The notes beneath the pieces are model-generated. The model made no database searches. It was not told the DNA's origin and saw nothing but the letters and a program-made list of their open reading frames with translations. From the human T2T-CHM13v2.0 reference genome, Homo sapiens, in NCBI RefSeq assembly GCF_009914755.1, contig NC_060936.1: a stretch of 64,000 bases of DNA. One strand, written 5' to 3'. Positions 46,936-59,896 of this stretch are shown here, piece by piece. A program made the position numbers and the translations under genes. Every line of letters starts with the position of its first letter. Position 1 is the stretch's first letter.

Positions 46936-48078
46936 CTTTTTTTTTTTTCAGACGTAGTCTTGCTCTGTTGCCCAGGCTGGAGTGCAGTGGTGCGATCTCA
47001 GCTCACCACAACCTCCACCTCCCCGCCTCCCAGGTTCAAGTGATTCTCCTGCCTCAGCCTCCCAAGTAGCTGGGCCTACAGGCATGCGCCACAGTGCTGG
47101 CTAATTTTTGTATTTTTAGTAGAGACAGGGTTTCACTATGTTGGCCAGGCTGGTCTCGAACTCCTGACCTCGTGATCTGCCTGCCTTGGCCTTCCAAGGT
47201 GCTAGGATTACAGGCGTGAGCCACCACTCCTGGCCTAATTTTTCCTTCCCTTTTAATGCTAGGGCAAGGAGCATGGCAGTGGTGTCAGGTGGCCTTACAC
47301 TTCCCTCTTCTCCCACTCTTTCCTTCAGACTACCTGTAAAGACACTGGAGGGTGCTGAAATAACACCGCTTTTAAAGGTAGTTAGACCACAGTCTCAGTC
47401 TTGGCTCTGCCCTCTGGCTGTGGGACCTTAAGTGGTTTGCTCAGCTTGTAAAGTGGAGAAAAAAAAATATATATATATGAAATACTTTATGTAATATTAT
47501 ATATCATATGGTAAGTATACGTTTATATAAATTGGAGCTATGCATATATCTTTGAGTGGCATCCCAGAATGGTAGAGAAGATTCAGTGCAGTGTTAGGTG
47601 ATAGTCCCTACCACAGAATGCGAGTTCAGTAGATGGTAATATCCTTCATCATTGTTTGTTGTCCCCTCTCGCACCTTCCAGAAATCCTTTCCTTGTCTCC
47701 CTGAACTCTGGCTGAGAAGCAGGGAGCCACAGTGCAGCTGTGAAGGGGAGGAAACAAGCTTCTTCTTTTTTTGGTTTTGTTTTATTTTATTTGAGATGGA
47801 GTTTCACTCTTGTTGCCCAGGCTGGAGCGCAATGGTGCAATCTCAGCTCACGGCAACCTCCGCCTCCTGGGTTCAGGCGATTTCCCCCCTGCTTCAGCCT
47901 CCTGAGTAACTGGGATTACAGGCATGCACCACCACACCAGGCTAATTTTGTATTTTTAGTAGAGACGGGGTTTCTCTGTGTTGGTCAGGCTGGTCTCGAA
48001 CTCCCAACCTCGGATGATCCTCCCGCCTCGGCCTCCCTAAGTGTTGGGATTACAGGCATGACCCACTGCGCCCAGCCA
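46936..48078 (-). mobile_element. Two Alus (~46936-47236, ~47770-48078)
   Basis: Alu consensus. Confidence 0.9.
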
Positions 48079-50752
48079 GGAACAAGATTCTTAAGCGTTG
48101 AGTATGGCAAGGCATACTGGGGAAGTGATCTGCAAAAAAGCATGAAAGCCCCAAAGTGTGGGTGTTTGTATCTGGCCTGACTGAGGGATCCAGTCCCCCT
48201 TCGGGACCTGCTTTTGGCTTTGGTAAATCCTAAGACTTAGAGGTTTCTGGAAGAAAGACTAATCTGCAGTCTCTTCTGGGAGTTGATTGGAAACAGGTAT
48301 CTTTGGGGCTTACCCAGAGCTGTTCACAGATGTGAGGGCTGATAGTGCCTTGCCTTATCCCATGGCCAGGGCCTAGCAGGAGTAGCAGTAAGCCCTCCAA
48401 GAAGCCACTAGAAATTGCACAGCTATTCTAGGATTGACATGGGCCCTGGCTGGTGGTACTATAGCTCTTCATATTAACTGCATGCAACCTTTCAATAATA
48501 TTAAGTGCGTAACATCTGCCAGGCACTATTCTGGGGACATGATGGTTAATGACCTAGACAAGATCCCTGCTGTCATGGAAACAAATGAGGGAACTATGTT
48601 GGAGAATAGCAAGATGAGGGTGGATGGGTGAGTGAGGGCTGTCAGAGGAAGTGACACTGAAGCTGGCACCTAAAGGATGAGCAAGAATTAGCCATGCCAG
48701 TAGCCTCCTAGCTAGAGAGGCCAGCAAGTTCAAAGGGCCAAGATGGGGAGGAGCTTGGTGTGTTCTGGGACCTGCCAGAAAGTCATATTGTTGGAGCTTC
48801 ATGAGCAAAGGGGAGAGGATCCAGGATTGAGCCAGACCTTGCTGAGCCTTATAAGTCCTGGACAGGAGAATGGATTTTATTCAAACAAGAAGCCCCTGAA
48901 GGTTTTTAGGACAGGGACATAGTTTGCACAGAAGAGTCCACTTTGCCTCTCTAGTGGATGTCATGCTATATTAAAAACTGGCAGAGTGCTGGGCTTCTTC
49001 AGTGATACTCCAGCCTTTCCCTTGTTTTTAACTCACATATAAATAATTTTAAGTCACTTTTCCTCTTTATTTTTTAGGTTTTCTCTTCAAATCCAATTAA
49101 CTATCATCATTAATTAAAGAATATGTGAGCAGTCATGTCTGTAGTATTGAGCAATTCTCCTGTTATCTGTTTTTTGCTTTCTATTATGGGTTTTATCTAT
49201 TTATCTCCCAACACGCCCATCATTTGCTGCCAGCACTGGCATGCTTTCTCTTTTAAGCTTTTCTCTTTTCCTCCCTGTTTCAGATTTGTGATAGACTCTT
49301 TTTGTGTTTGTCCATTTATTTCAAGTCCGTTAGGGGCATTTTCTCTTGTCTGTGCTGATTTGCTTTATAGAACTTGGTTCAGTACAACAAACCTAAAACA
49401 GCTCCTTGTACATAGTAGGTACTCAGGACATGTTTGTTACATGAATGAATAAACCTTTAGGGGCAAGATCTCCTGGGCTTTTGTGAAGAACATGCAGACT
49501 AATACATTATGTTCCTGCCCTTAAGCAGACTACTGTTTTAGCAGGGCTACTTCAGAACCTAAAGCCAATGTTTGCAATAGAAGCCTAATAAAGGAAGAAT
49601 GTAGAAGTGTGCAATGTAGAAAGGAACTTCGGGCATATAAATCTGACTCCAGAACCTCAGATCCAGCCTCTATTCTGGCTTTTTAGTAGGCGAGTTCTTC
49701 AGGGAGAGGGAAGTGTGGTTATCATGGACAACTGAATCGGGGCTTTATTCACACTAGGAGAAATGACCCGGAACTTGGTAATAAGATGAAAGAATGATCT
49801 TTCAGAGTCGTAGTAGAGCGTTGTCTAACAAGACCTAAGGCTCATCTGATTCTGTAGAGGATGTGACTTCGTTTTAGATGTTAACTTAGAGAAAACTGAT
49901 ATGATGCAAATAATTTCTGGCAGGTAGAAAAGATAACTCTAAAGGTTTTGTTTTATTGTCCTATAGAATATTCACATACTACATAAAAAAATAACAAAAA
50001 ATACATACAAAAAATTCTAAATTACATACAAAAAAACCTACATTTTGTATGTAATTTAGAATCTTATTCCAGTATTTTTTTTTCTAAAACCGACTATATG
50101 TATCAATTTCTTAGCCAATTTACTGTTTTCATTAATGAGGTATATGTGTCTTTGCCATGCTCACTATATATTTGCATGTGGATTATACTTTTAACATTTT
50201 GAAAATTATATTTTGACATTCATATTCAGTAAAGTCTTTAGACATGAATGTACATGTCATTATCCAAGTTACCTAATTATATCATACCATGTAACTTTTA
50301 AATGGACACATCGCAGATGTCACAATAAGGGAAATTATAGTATGATAGAGAGGTAAACATTTTACTTACAGAAAACCTGAACTTTAATTTTAAGAGGTTC
50401 TCAGAGGGACTCTGTCTTTGTAGAAGTTCGATAGAAACAATCTTAGTTAATTTTAGGCCAGCCTCAGGGAATGCTCTCACTGAACTGACCTGGTAACTTG
50501 CCTGTGTCTACTATACTCTTTCTTGTATTGTGGAAAAAATAAAAACTGTAAACTTGAGAGACATTCCACAAATACAAATCTTGCTTCTTTTGCTTAAAAA
50601 AATTATGAACATAATTATAGAAAAAAGTAGATTCTGGTTGTTTACCATAAAGAATTACTACTAGACCAATAGCAAAGGAAGTTACAAAGCACAGATCACA
50701 AAAATCTCTCCAATCACGTCAGGAAGTTCAGCCCTGGATGGTGTTTGTTTAC

Positions 50753-50805
50753 CTACAGTGAGGGCAGTCTGTCACCAGCTGATGCCCTGTTGAGAGCCTC
50801 TTGAT
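50753..50805 (-). pseudogene. Pseudo-exon, 53 nt, phase 2-1 (SRGSQQGISW*QTALTV)
   Basis: cttcctgtttag acceptor, tag|gtaaac donor. Confidence 0.55.
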
Positions 50806-51026
50806 CTAAACAGGAAGTTCAGTCAATCACTATTAACTGAAACCTACATTAATATGTATTATTCCTCATTAAACACTGTTAAGAAAATGAAGATTAATAC
50901 ATGCTGTATTTTGAACAGATGACACATAAAGACAAAAACTAAGGAAGCAAAACATAGTACCTGTTGGTAAAAACTTCCCAATCACTGCTTAAACAAATCC
51001 TAGTACTGACCTCAATCAGGGTTTTA

Positions 51027-51351
<325 letters not shown>

Positions 51352-51492
51352 ATCCTTTATCTTTACTTTGCTCCTTTCAGGATAGCTCTGGAATTTGAAT
51401 CTGCTTTCCAGAGCTTTATTCTCAACTGCCAGCCTCATTTTTCATACTGTAGTTACTTAAGGGTGGAGGTAGTCGGGCCGGCAAGTAACTAC

Positions 51493-51790
51493 CTGCAGTG
51501 TACTTGAGAACCTTTGAAAGCATCTGTACTTGCCAAGGGTGGGGCATGTATGCTTGAGAGCCCTTTAAAGCGTCTTTACTTGCTAAGGGCGCTATGACCA
51601 TTCCCATTCCTGGGACTTCATTCCCGCTGGGACCTCATTCCCCAGTGGAGGGTAAAGCATGGCTTTTGCTGACGGTTTCCAGGTAGCCTTCCAAAGTATG
51701 TTAGCATAAAGGACTGGAGATGCTGACCATCTGGCTAACTCATGATTCAGAAGCCCTTTGGATCCACTTATAAGGCCATTCTATTTAGGC
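51493..51790 (-). pseudogene. Pseudo-exon, 298 nt, with internal repeats and two inferred frameshifts
   Basis: ttagcag acceptor, cag|gtagtt donor; ...HELARWSASPVLYANILWKATWKPSAKAMLYPPLGNEVP / GMGMVIAPLASKDALKGSQAYMP / PLASTDAFKGSQVHC. Confidence 0.65.
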
Positions 51791-52102
51791 CTGCTAAGGA
51801 TGTCTGCCATGCTAATGTCAAAAGCAGGGATTTTAGGTTATGTTAGTGATCAGTGAGGAATTTTAATATGTTGTTTTGTCAACTACTGAGGCTATAGGCC
51901 CTTTTAGGTCTTCAGGAGAAGTAGACCAGTAAAATAAACACTGTGTGTTTAAGCTATGAGAGCTCAGGATCCCTGTGGTTAGCAGTTATGAGGCACTTGG
52001 ACACATATTTATACTAAGAGTTGTAGCTTTTACTTATCTTGGGTAAAAGAAATACTCCAAACAGTTAGAACAAAAAAATATATCTGATGGTAAAATGGAT
52101 AA

Positions 52103-54747
52103 TGTATTAGTCCATTTTCATAGTGCTATGAAGAAATACTCCAGATTGGGTAATGTATAAAGAAAAAGAGATTTAATGGACTCACAGTTCCACATGGCAG
52201 GGGGGGCCTCATAATCATGGCAGAAGGTGAAGGAAGAGTGTATTAGTCTGTTTTCATGCTGCTGATAAAGATATACCTGAAACTGGGCAATTTACAAAAG
52301 GAAGAGGTTTATTGGACTTACAGTTTTACATGGCTGGGGAGGCCTCACAATCACAGTCGAAGGTGAAAGGCACATCTCACATGGTGGCAGACAAGAGAAG
52401 AGAGCTTGTGCAGGGAAACTCCCCTTTGTAAAACCATCAGATCTTGTGAGACTGATCCACTATCATGAGAACAGCGCAGGAAAGACCCGCCCCCGTAATT
52501 CAACCACCTCCCACTGGGTTCTTCCCACGACATGTGGGAATTGTGGGAGTTACAATTCAAGATGACATTTGGGTGGGGACACAGCCAAACCATATCAAGG
52601 AGCAAAGTCACGTCTTACATGGTGGCAGGCAAGAGAGTGTGTGTAGGTGAACTACCCTTTATGAAACCATCAGATCTTGTGAGACTTATTCACACTATCA
52701 AGAGAATAGCACAGGAAAAACCCACCTCCATGATTCAATTACCTCCCACTGGGTCCCTCCCATTACATGTGAGGATTATAGGAGCTAAAATTCAAGATGA
52801 GACTTGTGTGCGGACACAGCCAAACCATATCATTCCACCCCTGGCCCCTCCAAATCTCACGTCTTCACATTTCAAAACCAATCCTGCCTTCCCAACAGTC
52901 CCCCAAAGTCTTAGCTCATTTCAGTGTTAACCCAAAAGTCCACAGTCCAAAGTCTCATCTGAGACAAGGCAAGTCCCTTCCGCTTATGAGCCTGTAAAAT
53001 CAAAAGTAAGTTAGTTACTTCCTACATACAATGGGGTACAGGCATTCAGTAAATACACTCATCCCAAATGGGAGAAATTGGCCCAAACAAAGGGGCTACA
53101 GGCTCCATGCAAGTTTGAAATCCAGTAGGGCAGTAATTAAATCTTAAAGCTCTGAAATAATCTCCTTTGACTCCATGTCTCACATCCAGGTCCTGCTGGA
53201 TGTAAGAGGTGGTCTCCCACAACTTTGGGCAGCTCTGCCTCTGTGGCTTTGCAGGGTATAGCCCCCCTCCCAGCTGCTTTCACTGCTGGAGTTGAGTGTC
53301 TATGGCTTTTCCAGGTGCATGGTTCAAGCTATCAGTGGATCTACCATTCTGGGGTCTGGAGGGCGTGGCCCTCTTCTCACAGCTCTACTAGGAAGTGCCC
53401 CAGTGGGAACTCTGTGAGGGGCTCCAACCCCACATTTTCCTTCTGCACTGTCCTAGCAGAGGTTCTCCATGAGCGCTCCGCCCCTGCAGCATACCTCTGC
53501 CTGGACATCCAGGCATTGCCATACATTCTCTGAAATCTAAGTGGAGGTTCCCAAACCTCAATTCTTGTTTTCTGTGCACCTGCAGGACCAACACCATGTG
53601 GAAACTGCCAAGGCTTGGGGCTTACACCCATTGAGGCCATGACCCAAGCTCTACCTTGGCCCTTTTTAGCCATGGCTGGGACACAGGGCACCAAGTCCTA
53701 GGTTCACACAGCAGGAGTCCCTGGACCTGGTCCATGAAACCATTTTTTCCTGCTAGGCCTCTGGGCCTGTGATGGGAGAGACTACCTCAAAGATGCCTGA
53801 CATGCCCTGGAGACATTTTCCCCATTGTCTTGGCAATTAACATTTGGCTCCTTGTTACTTATGCAAGTTTCTGCAGCTGACTTGAATTTCTCCCAAGAAT
53901 AGGGGTTTTCTTTTCTGTTGTATCATCAGCCTGCAAATTTTTCACACTTTTATGCTCTGCTTCCTCTTGAATGCTTTGCTGTTTAGAAATTTCTTCCTCC
54001 AGATATCCTAAATCATCTCTCTCAAGTTCAAAGTTCCATAGATCTTTAGGGCAGGGGCAAATGCCACCAGTCTCTTTGCTAAAGCATAGCAAGAGTCACC
54101 TTTGCTGCAGTTCCCAACAAGTTCCTTATCTCCATCTGAGACCACCTCAGCCTGGACTTTATTGTCTATGTCACTATCAGCATTTTTGTCAAAGCCATTC
54201 AAAAAATCTCTAGAAAGTTCCAAACTTTCTCACATCTTCCTGTCTTCTGAGGAAGACATTTTCCTATCTTCTTCTTAGCCCTCCAAACTGTTCCAACCTC
54301 TGCCTGTTACCCAGTTCCAAAGTCGCTTCCACATTTTTGGGTATCTTTATAGCAGCACCTCATTCCCAGTACCAGTTTACTGTATCAGTCCATTTTCATA
54401 CTGCTATGAAGAAATACTTGAGACTGGGTAATTCATTAAAAAAAAAAAAGGGTTTAGTGGATTCACAGTTCCACATGGCTGGGGAGGCCTTACAATCATG
54501 GCAGAAGGTGAAGGAGGAGCAAAGGCACATCTTACAGGGTGGCAGGCAAGAGAGCATGTGAAGGGGAATGGCCCTTTATAAAACCATCAGATCTCTTGAG
54601 ACTTATTCACTACCATGAGAACAGCATGGGAAAAACCCTTCCCTATGATTTCATTACCTCCCACCAGGTCCCTCCCATGACATGTGGGTATTATGGGAGC
54701 TACAATTCAAGATGATATTTGGGTGGGGACACAGCCAAACCATATCA
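52103..54747 (-). mobile_element. Full THE1C-like MaLR (LTR 52103-52832, internal 52833-54380, LTR 54381-54747)
   Basis: Two LTRs tgtat..gtccattttcata..gctatgaagaaatac / ...ccaaaccatatca; TSD gataa/gatac. Confidence 0.92.
52239..52597 (-). mobile_element. Solo THE1B-like LTR nested in the THE1C LTR
   Basis: tgtattagtctgttttcatgctgctgataaaga...aaccatatca; TSD aagag/aggag. Confidence 0.88.
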
Positions 54748-54940
54748 GATACAGTTCCCAAATATTGCCTTATCCCTCACAAAGGAGTGGTGGGCTTAGA
54801 AGGCCACATGTCAGCAGAGTCCTGCATCTCCTCTGCATAGGTTTATATCACCTTCTAATTTGGAAAATTTTTTAAATCTCTGTTCTAGCTTTGTCATATG
54901 CCCTACATGACAGTGGAACTAACTACCCTATGATTTTCAC

Positions 54941-54998
54941 CTCAGCCAGGCTTAGTCTTCAGGTTCCAGGTGTTGGTTGTTTAACAGCATCACAAAAC
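54941..54998 (-). pseudogene. Pseudo-exon, 58 nt, phase 1-2 (FVMLLNNQHLEPED*AWL)
   Basis: ccctag acceptor, gag|gtgaaa donor. Confidence 0.5.
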
Positions 54999-56356
54999 CT
55001 AGGGCTCCCAACATATGAATACACAAACTTACAAATAAGACAGGCATTTCAGAGCAGAACATCTGGTGTTTGTCTGCCCCACAGGCATACCTCCTTTAGG
55101 TGTAATTCATTGGAATCCCAGTCAGCCGATTTAGGAGCCTAAGTGCATTAGCTCATGGCCAGTGCACTGTAGCCACATACTGTAGTTTCTTCAGGTTGAG
55201 TGATGCTTATTGATCTGTTAGTTTGCTCCGCAGAGCCCCTCTCTGCCCCAGGTAACTTACTTTCTGATGGTAATATTTTGATAGAAAGTAAATAACTTTG
55301 TTTCAATAAAAGAAAAAGTAGCATATGATTATTTTAAAGATTAAGGTACAGATTGGATATTTTTGGAAAATTTGCTGCTTTTTAGGCAGATGAACTGTTA
55401 GGTGGGTGTGGGCCATGTTCTAAGCCCAACTAAATCCATCTTTAGAACAATTCTAAAGAAAGCAGAAAAGATAAAGATATCAAGTCATAAATGTATACTT
55501 GTTTATTGAGCATGGTTTAAAATTTTAATCAGCCTACAATCAGCCCTGGCATCCTTGATTCCCCTTACTTTGTTGCACTTTTTAAAAAAGCACTAATAAT
55601 TATCTAAAACACTAAAAAATTTATTTATGTTCATTACTTACTGAGTATTTGCCCCTTCATCCTCCAAGTGAGTGGCACAGGTCAGGCATCTTTCTCTTTT
55701 TTGTTCACCAATATATCTGAAATGTGTGTTACAGTGCAAATAATAAATGTTCAATAAATACTTGTTAGTGAATGTTGGGAATGACTCACCATAAGTTCAG
55801 CGATATTAAGATTAGTTAAGCCATGATCCAGTGAATATGTCCATTTTTAGGAAAGCATCCTCACTAAAAGGAATAAAATTTTGTTGTAAGACTTAGGCCC
55901 ATTACTCTGGCCCTGGTGAACTGGACCAGACCACTTGTAAGCCACACAGGGACCTGCCACAAAGAGAGAGGAGATAAGACAGAGCCTGGATCTCTAAGGT
56001 CTAGAGCGGAGCTGGTGTAAGCTGTTTTATTCCAGGGCCTTCCTTGTTCACTGCTGCATCCTCAGCATCCAGAACTGGGCCTGCTGTGTAGTAGATGCTC
56101 AATAAATATTTTTTGAATGAAGAAAGGCAAAGTCCTTCTAAGCAGTAGGAAGCCTTTCTGTATAGGAGTAGAAGAAGGAGGAACAATCCAAAGAGGAAAT
56201 GGGTCCAGTGATAAGAGCTTACAAGAACATGCCATGTAGGCACAAAACCTTAACTTCTTGGCACATCAGGTATCAGGGAACTTCCAGGCAGTGCAGGACA
56301 CACAACCTCCTAGCCTTCATCCACACTGGAAGGTATCTCTCATTCTCCTGGCACAC

Positions 56357-56402
56357 CTACAGGTGGGAAGTCTTGAGCACTGTCTTGAGGCTGAACCCGC
56401 CA
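56357..56402 (-). pseudogene. Pseudo-exon, 46 nt, open, phase 0-1 (WRVQPQDSAQDFPPV)
   Basis: catttctgtcag acceptor, tag|gtgtgc donor. Confidence 0.55.
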
Positions 56403-57537
56403 CTGACAGAAATGATTCAGTTTAACAGAAAATCAGTTAATTTATTTGCCAGTCTATTTGTTCACTTGATTACCATTGTCATGGCTGAGTGAAATTTTCA
56501 TTTAAGGGATGAATGAATTGTAACCTTTTAAGCACCATCACTTAAAACTATCCAACCACTTTTGTTGGAAAATTTACTAAAACATACGTATATTTCCCCA
56601 TCTTCTTAATAAAGCATTAGAAGATTTTCGTATTATCTCAAGATCATTTGGGAAACATTGTGCTGTTATATAGTAGTACACTTAGAGTCTACTCCAGGTA
56701 GAGTTTTCATTATGCCGAAGACCATATATTGTATTTTTTGAATTCTCATGCCTGTTTTTCTTGGTTTTACTGTCTTCTCTCTCTGGTAGGTTATGTGTTC
56801 ATTTTCTAGTGCTGCCTATGTGGCTGCCCCAAGAGTCTCCAATCTCCCAAAACATACTGTCCCTGGTTATCTGTAGAAAAATAGATGGCCAAGTTTATTA
56901 GATTCATCTAAAATACAAAGGAAGTTTAATGTATGGACTTTGTGATACCCACAAGCCTCCTGTTTCATCTCTCCCATCTCTAGTTCTTCTCAGCAGTGCT
57001 CTGGAAAATTGGGCTCATCAGACATGTGGCTTCTGGAGAAATGAGGTTTTAATAACTTGTCGTTTTTCTGTTCCAAATTTTGAGAGTAGCAGTATATCAC
57101 TGCTTAAAATGTGCTAATTTTTGAGATAACTTTTCTTAGCCTGGTTCTCATTAGAGCTTAAGAAGGAGACAATAGCAATAGGACATTGTTTGCTCAGCCT
57201 CTCCATTTCTGTAGGAAAAGAATTGTTAGGAGGAGGAAGGGTAGGGAAAAAAAAGTGCAGGGGAGTGTCATCATCTGGTAGATAGTTTAAAAAAATTCCT
57301 CTGGCTTTGGAGTAGGAAAATTGATTGTAGAGGATCCAGGAGGAATCAGAGAGGCTGTTGAAGAGGCTATGGTAGCTGTCCATGTGAGGGACAATGGCTT
57401 GGACAAGGGTGGCAGTGGTGCAGATAGAAAAGGGTGGTTGGACTCAGCATACATTGGAAGAAGAGGGCACAGGACCCTGTGTCAGATATTTTGGTATATT
57501 CCTCCTATCATTAGAGTTTAGTCATGTGTATTCACAC

Positions 57538-57673
57538 CCTACATTTGTTTCTTCTAAGAAATGAAGTCTATCCGTTAAGGAAATGTCAGTTAATCCTCAT
57601 TGCTGCTGTTATCATGGTTGGATTTGCTCCAAAAGGTATGTTACCATATATAGAATTAAAACCAGTCTCTACC
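57538..57673 (-). pseudogene. Pseudo-exon, 136 nt, phase 2-0 (VETGFNSIYGNIPFGANPTMITAAMRIN*HFLNG*TSFLRRNKCR)
   Basis: ttacttccccacag acceptor, agg|gtgtga donor. Confidence 0.7.
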
Positions 57674-58560
57674 CTGTGGGGAAGTAATGCAGATGTTTTG
57701 AGATTAGAGTTTAGAATCTATTCCAAAGATCTGCCAGAACACATGTTTAACAATGAGCATGAGAGTTTTCCCCATTGCTATTCTTACTATGTTGTTTATC
57801 AAACAAAGATAATTTGGGGGCTTGTGTAGAAACTCCACAATATTTAAGAAAATAAACACAAATCTCTGAGTCAATAACTAAATGTTTCTGATGGTATACT
57901 AAGAAATATAACTTATTTTATTAATGGTTATTAATATAACCATGACTTTTAAATTAATATTAATATTAACTGATATTAATATTAATGTAACCATGACTTA
58001 TATTAATGGTTATTAATATAATTATGACTTTTAATTCTTTTAATTAAAATATTTGTGGTTCTTTAGAGTTCACCACAGCTTTGAATAAAACAAAATTGTT
58101 TTCATGTTTTAAATGCAGTGGAAGGTTTTATGTTTGGTGTTATTCAATTGGTAAGGCAAATTGCTTTGTTACTAGCTTGATTTACGTGAAAATTTAGATT
58201 TAATTTTAGATTTGGTAGATTTTAATCTGATACCATTTTATATTGGTTTATATCTGAATGCTTCATTAAGATCCTGGGTATACACAGTTTAACCTCAAGC
58301 ATATAGTCTTATTATATTATTTTATTATAAGAAACAGAAGTATGGAAACTTGAGGCTGGGACTGTTCAGAGCTAAATCTTATGAAATGAAATAAGTTCTT
58401 GTAATCATTTTGCAGCCATTATTTGTTGTGCTTTTGTGGTATTTTGTCTCTTTTGAGCTATCCTCACAGGTTTCCAGGAATTCAAGGCCTAAGAAACATC
58501 CTACTAAGAACTTGAAATACCAAGGCATTTAATTTTTGGAAGTGTAGAATGTTTTATTAC

Positions 58561-58654
58561 TTTTGAAGTTTTGAGGACCAGCAAAATAGAGAAGTGTATT
58601 GTGTTACACAATTTGCTATGTTATAAATGTTTACTTTTAGTGGACATGATGTAA
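58561..58654 (-). pseudogene. Pseudo-exon, 94 nt, open, phase 1-2 (TSCPLKVNIYNIANCVTQYTSLFCWSSKLQ)
   Basis: tatttctgtgtttttttccattctag acceptor, aa|gtaata donor. Confidence 0.7.
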
Positions 58655-58837
58655 CTAGAATGGAAAAAAACACAGAAATAGTAATTGTTGATATAATCTT
58701 GCCTTGGAGGTAGCGATGGGTGGGGGAATGGGGAGTGGGAACATAGCATGAGAGGAGAAAAAAATCTGTTACCAATTTATGGTAAAATTATTACAGTTAA
58801 AAAGAGTTGCATATATGAATAATAATAAAACCTTCAC

Positions 58838-59214
58838 CCAGCTTTCTTGAAAGTTTACAAACTTCCTTTCTTTGCTTAGAACTAGCTCGAGAAAGGAAAA
58901 AAAAATCTTCTCTTAGATTCTTTGCATAAAAAACTAATTCCTTTATTTTTCTCACCGGTTCTCTTCATCTTTCATTTTGGTCCCCAGAGAATACTGTTTG
59001 ACTATTTTGAAATCATTTCTCTTCTCCACTTTGTTGCACTTTGCCCTCTGGGATCGTTTCCCCAGCTCACTCTTCTTCCTTTGTCCTACTGCTCCCTTTA
59101 CCCCCACCTCTCTTTCTATAGCCAAGAAAGAAACTTGTTAACCATGACTTTTTCTTTTAGGAACCAATTCAAAAATCCCTTTGGTACACAGGTTTACAGG
59201 CACCCTATCTCAGT
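58838..59214 (-). pseudogene. Pseudo-exon, 377 nt, one net frameshift (TEIGCL*TCVPKGFLNWFLKEKVMVNKFLSWL*KERWG / ...EPVRKIKELVFYAKNLREDFFFLSRASSKQRKEVCKLSRKL)
   Basis: Long pyrimidine tract then aatcag acceptor; tgg|gtgaag donor; ends in phase 1 as required. Confidence 0.65.
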
Positions 59215-59398
59215 CTGATTCCAGAAAAAAAAGCACCAGGAAATACAGGAAAATATGTAGCTATTAATAAATTCCACAGATAGGCAGAAGTTGCCAAAGG
59301 AAAATGGGAGAACAACAAGGACTGTTCATTGGACTTCCAGGAATAGAAATTGTTGGGAGTCTACTCTTTTCAAAATAAACTGACATGGGGCTGACCAC

Positions 59399-59587
59399 CT
59401 TGTCAGTTACTCCCATCTGATGGTGGGGTGTGGCAAACAAGGGCAAAGGTATTGTTTGGTTTTCAAGGTCAGGCTGCTAATTGTATAATTGGATTAACCC
59501 AGCCCGCAGAGACATGGAGGCTACCAGTCACTTGTTAGCCTGGGTCCCAAGGTAGAAGCAGCACAAAAGTATGGGGAGGATGTTCAG
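59399..59587 (-). pseudogene. Pseudo-exon, 189 nt, phase 0-0 (LNILPILLCCFYLGTQANK*LVASMSLRAGLIQLYN*QPDLENQTIPLPLFATPHHQMGVTDK)
   Basis: ~40-nt pyrimidine tract ending catttcag; aag|gtggtc donor; hyccin-like motif. Confidence 0.75.
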
Positions 59588-59896
59588 CTGAAATGGAAGG
59601 AAGAAAGTAAAGAGGATAGAGAAAAAAATACAGAAATGTTAGCCAAAGGAGTTATAATTAGGAGAAAACCATTATCTTATTAATCTCTGTGTGATTAATT
59701 AATTATAAATGAGTTTTCTCTTGGAAAAGAGCGAAGCTACTTAGTATGACTTGTGGGGAGAGTGTGTGTGAGGAGAAGAAAGTGTACTTTTTCTGCCCAA
59801 TTATGGAAGGTCTTAAACACCAGCCATGTTTTTAGGAGTTTGACTAATAAATCCAGAAGGCTTATTATTTATTTTATCCAGGCATGTTTTATTTAC

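Noticed and set aside
52351-54875. Cluster of overlapping ORFs
   Set aside because: All within THE1 LTR/internal sequence.
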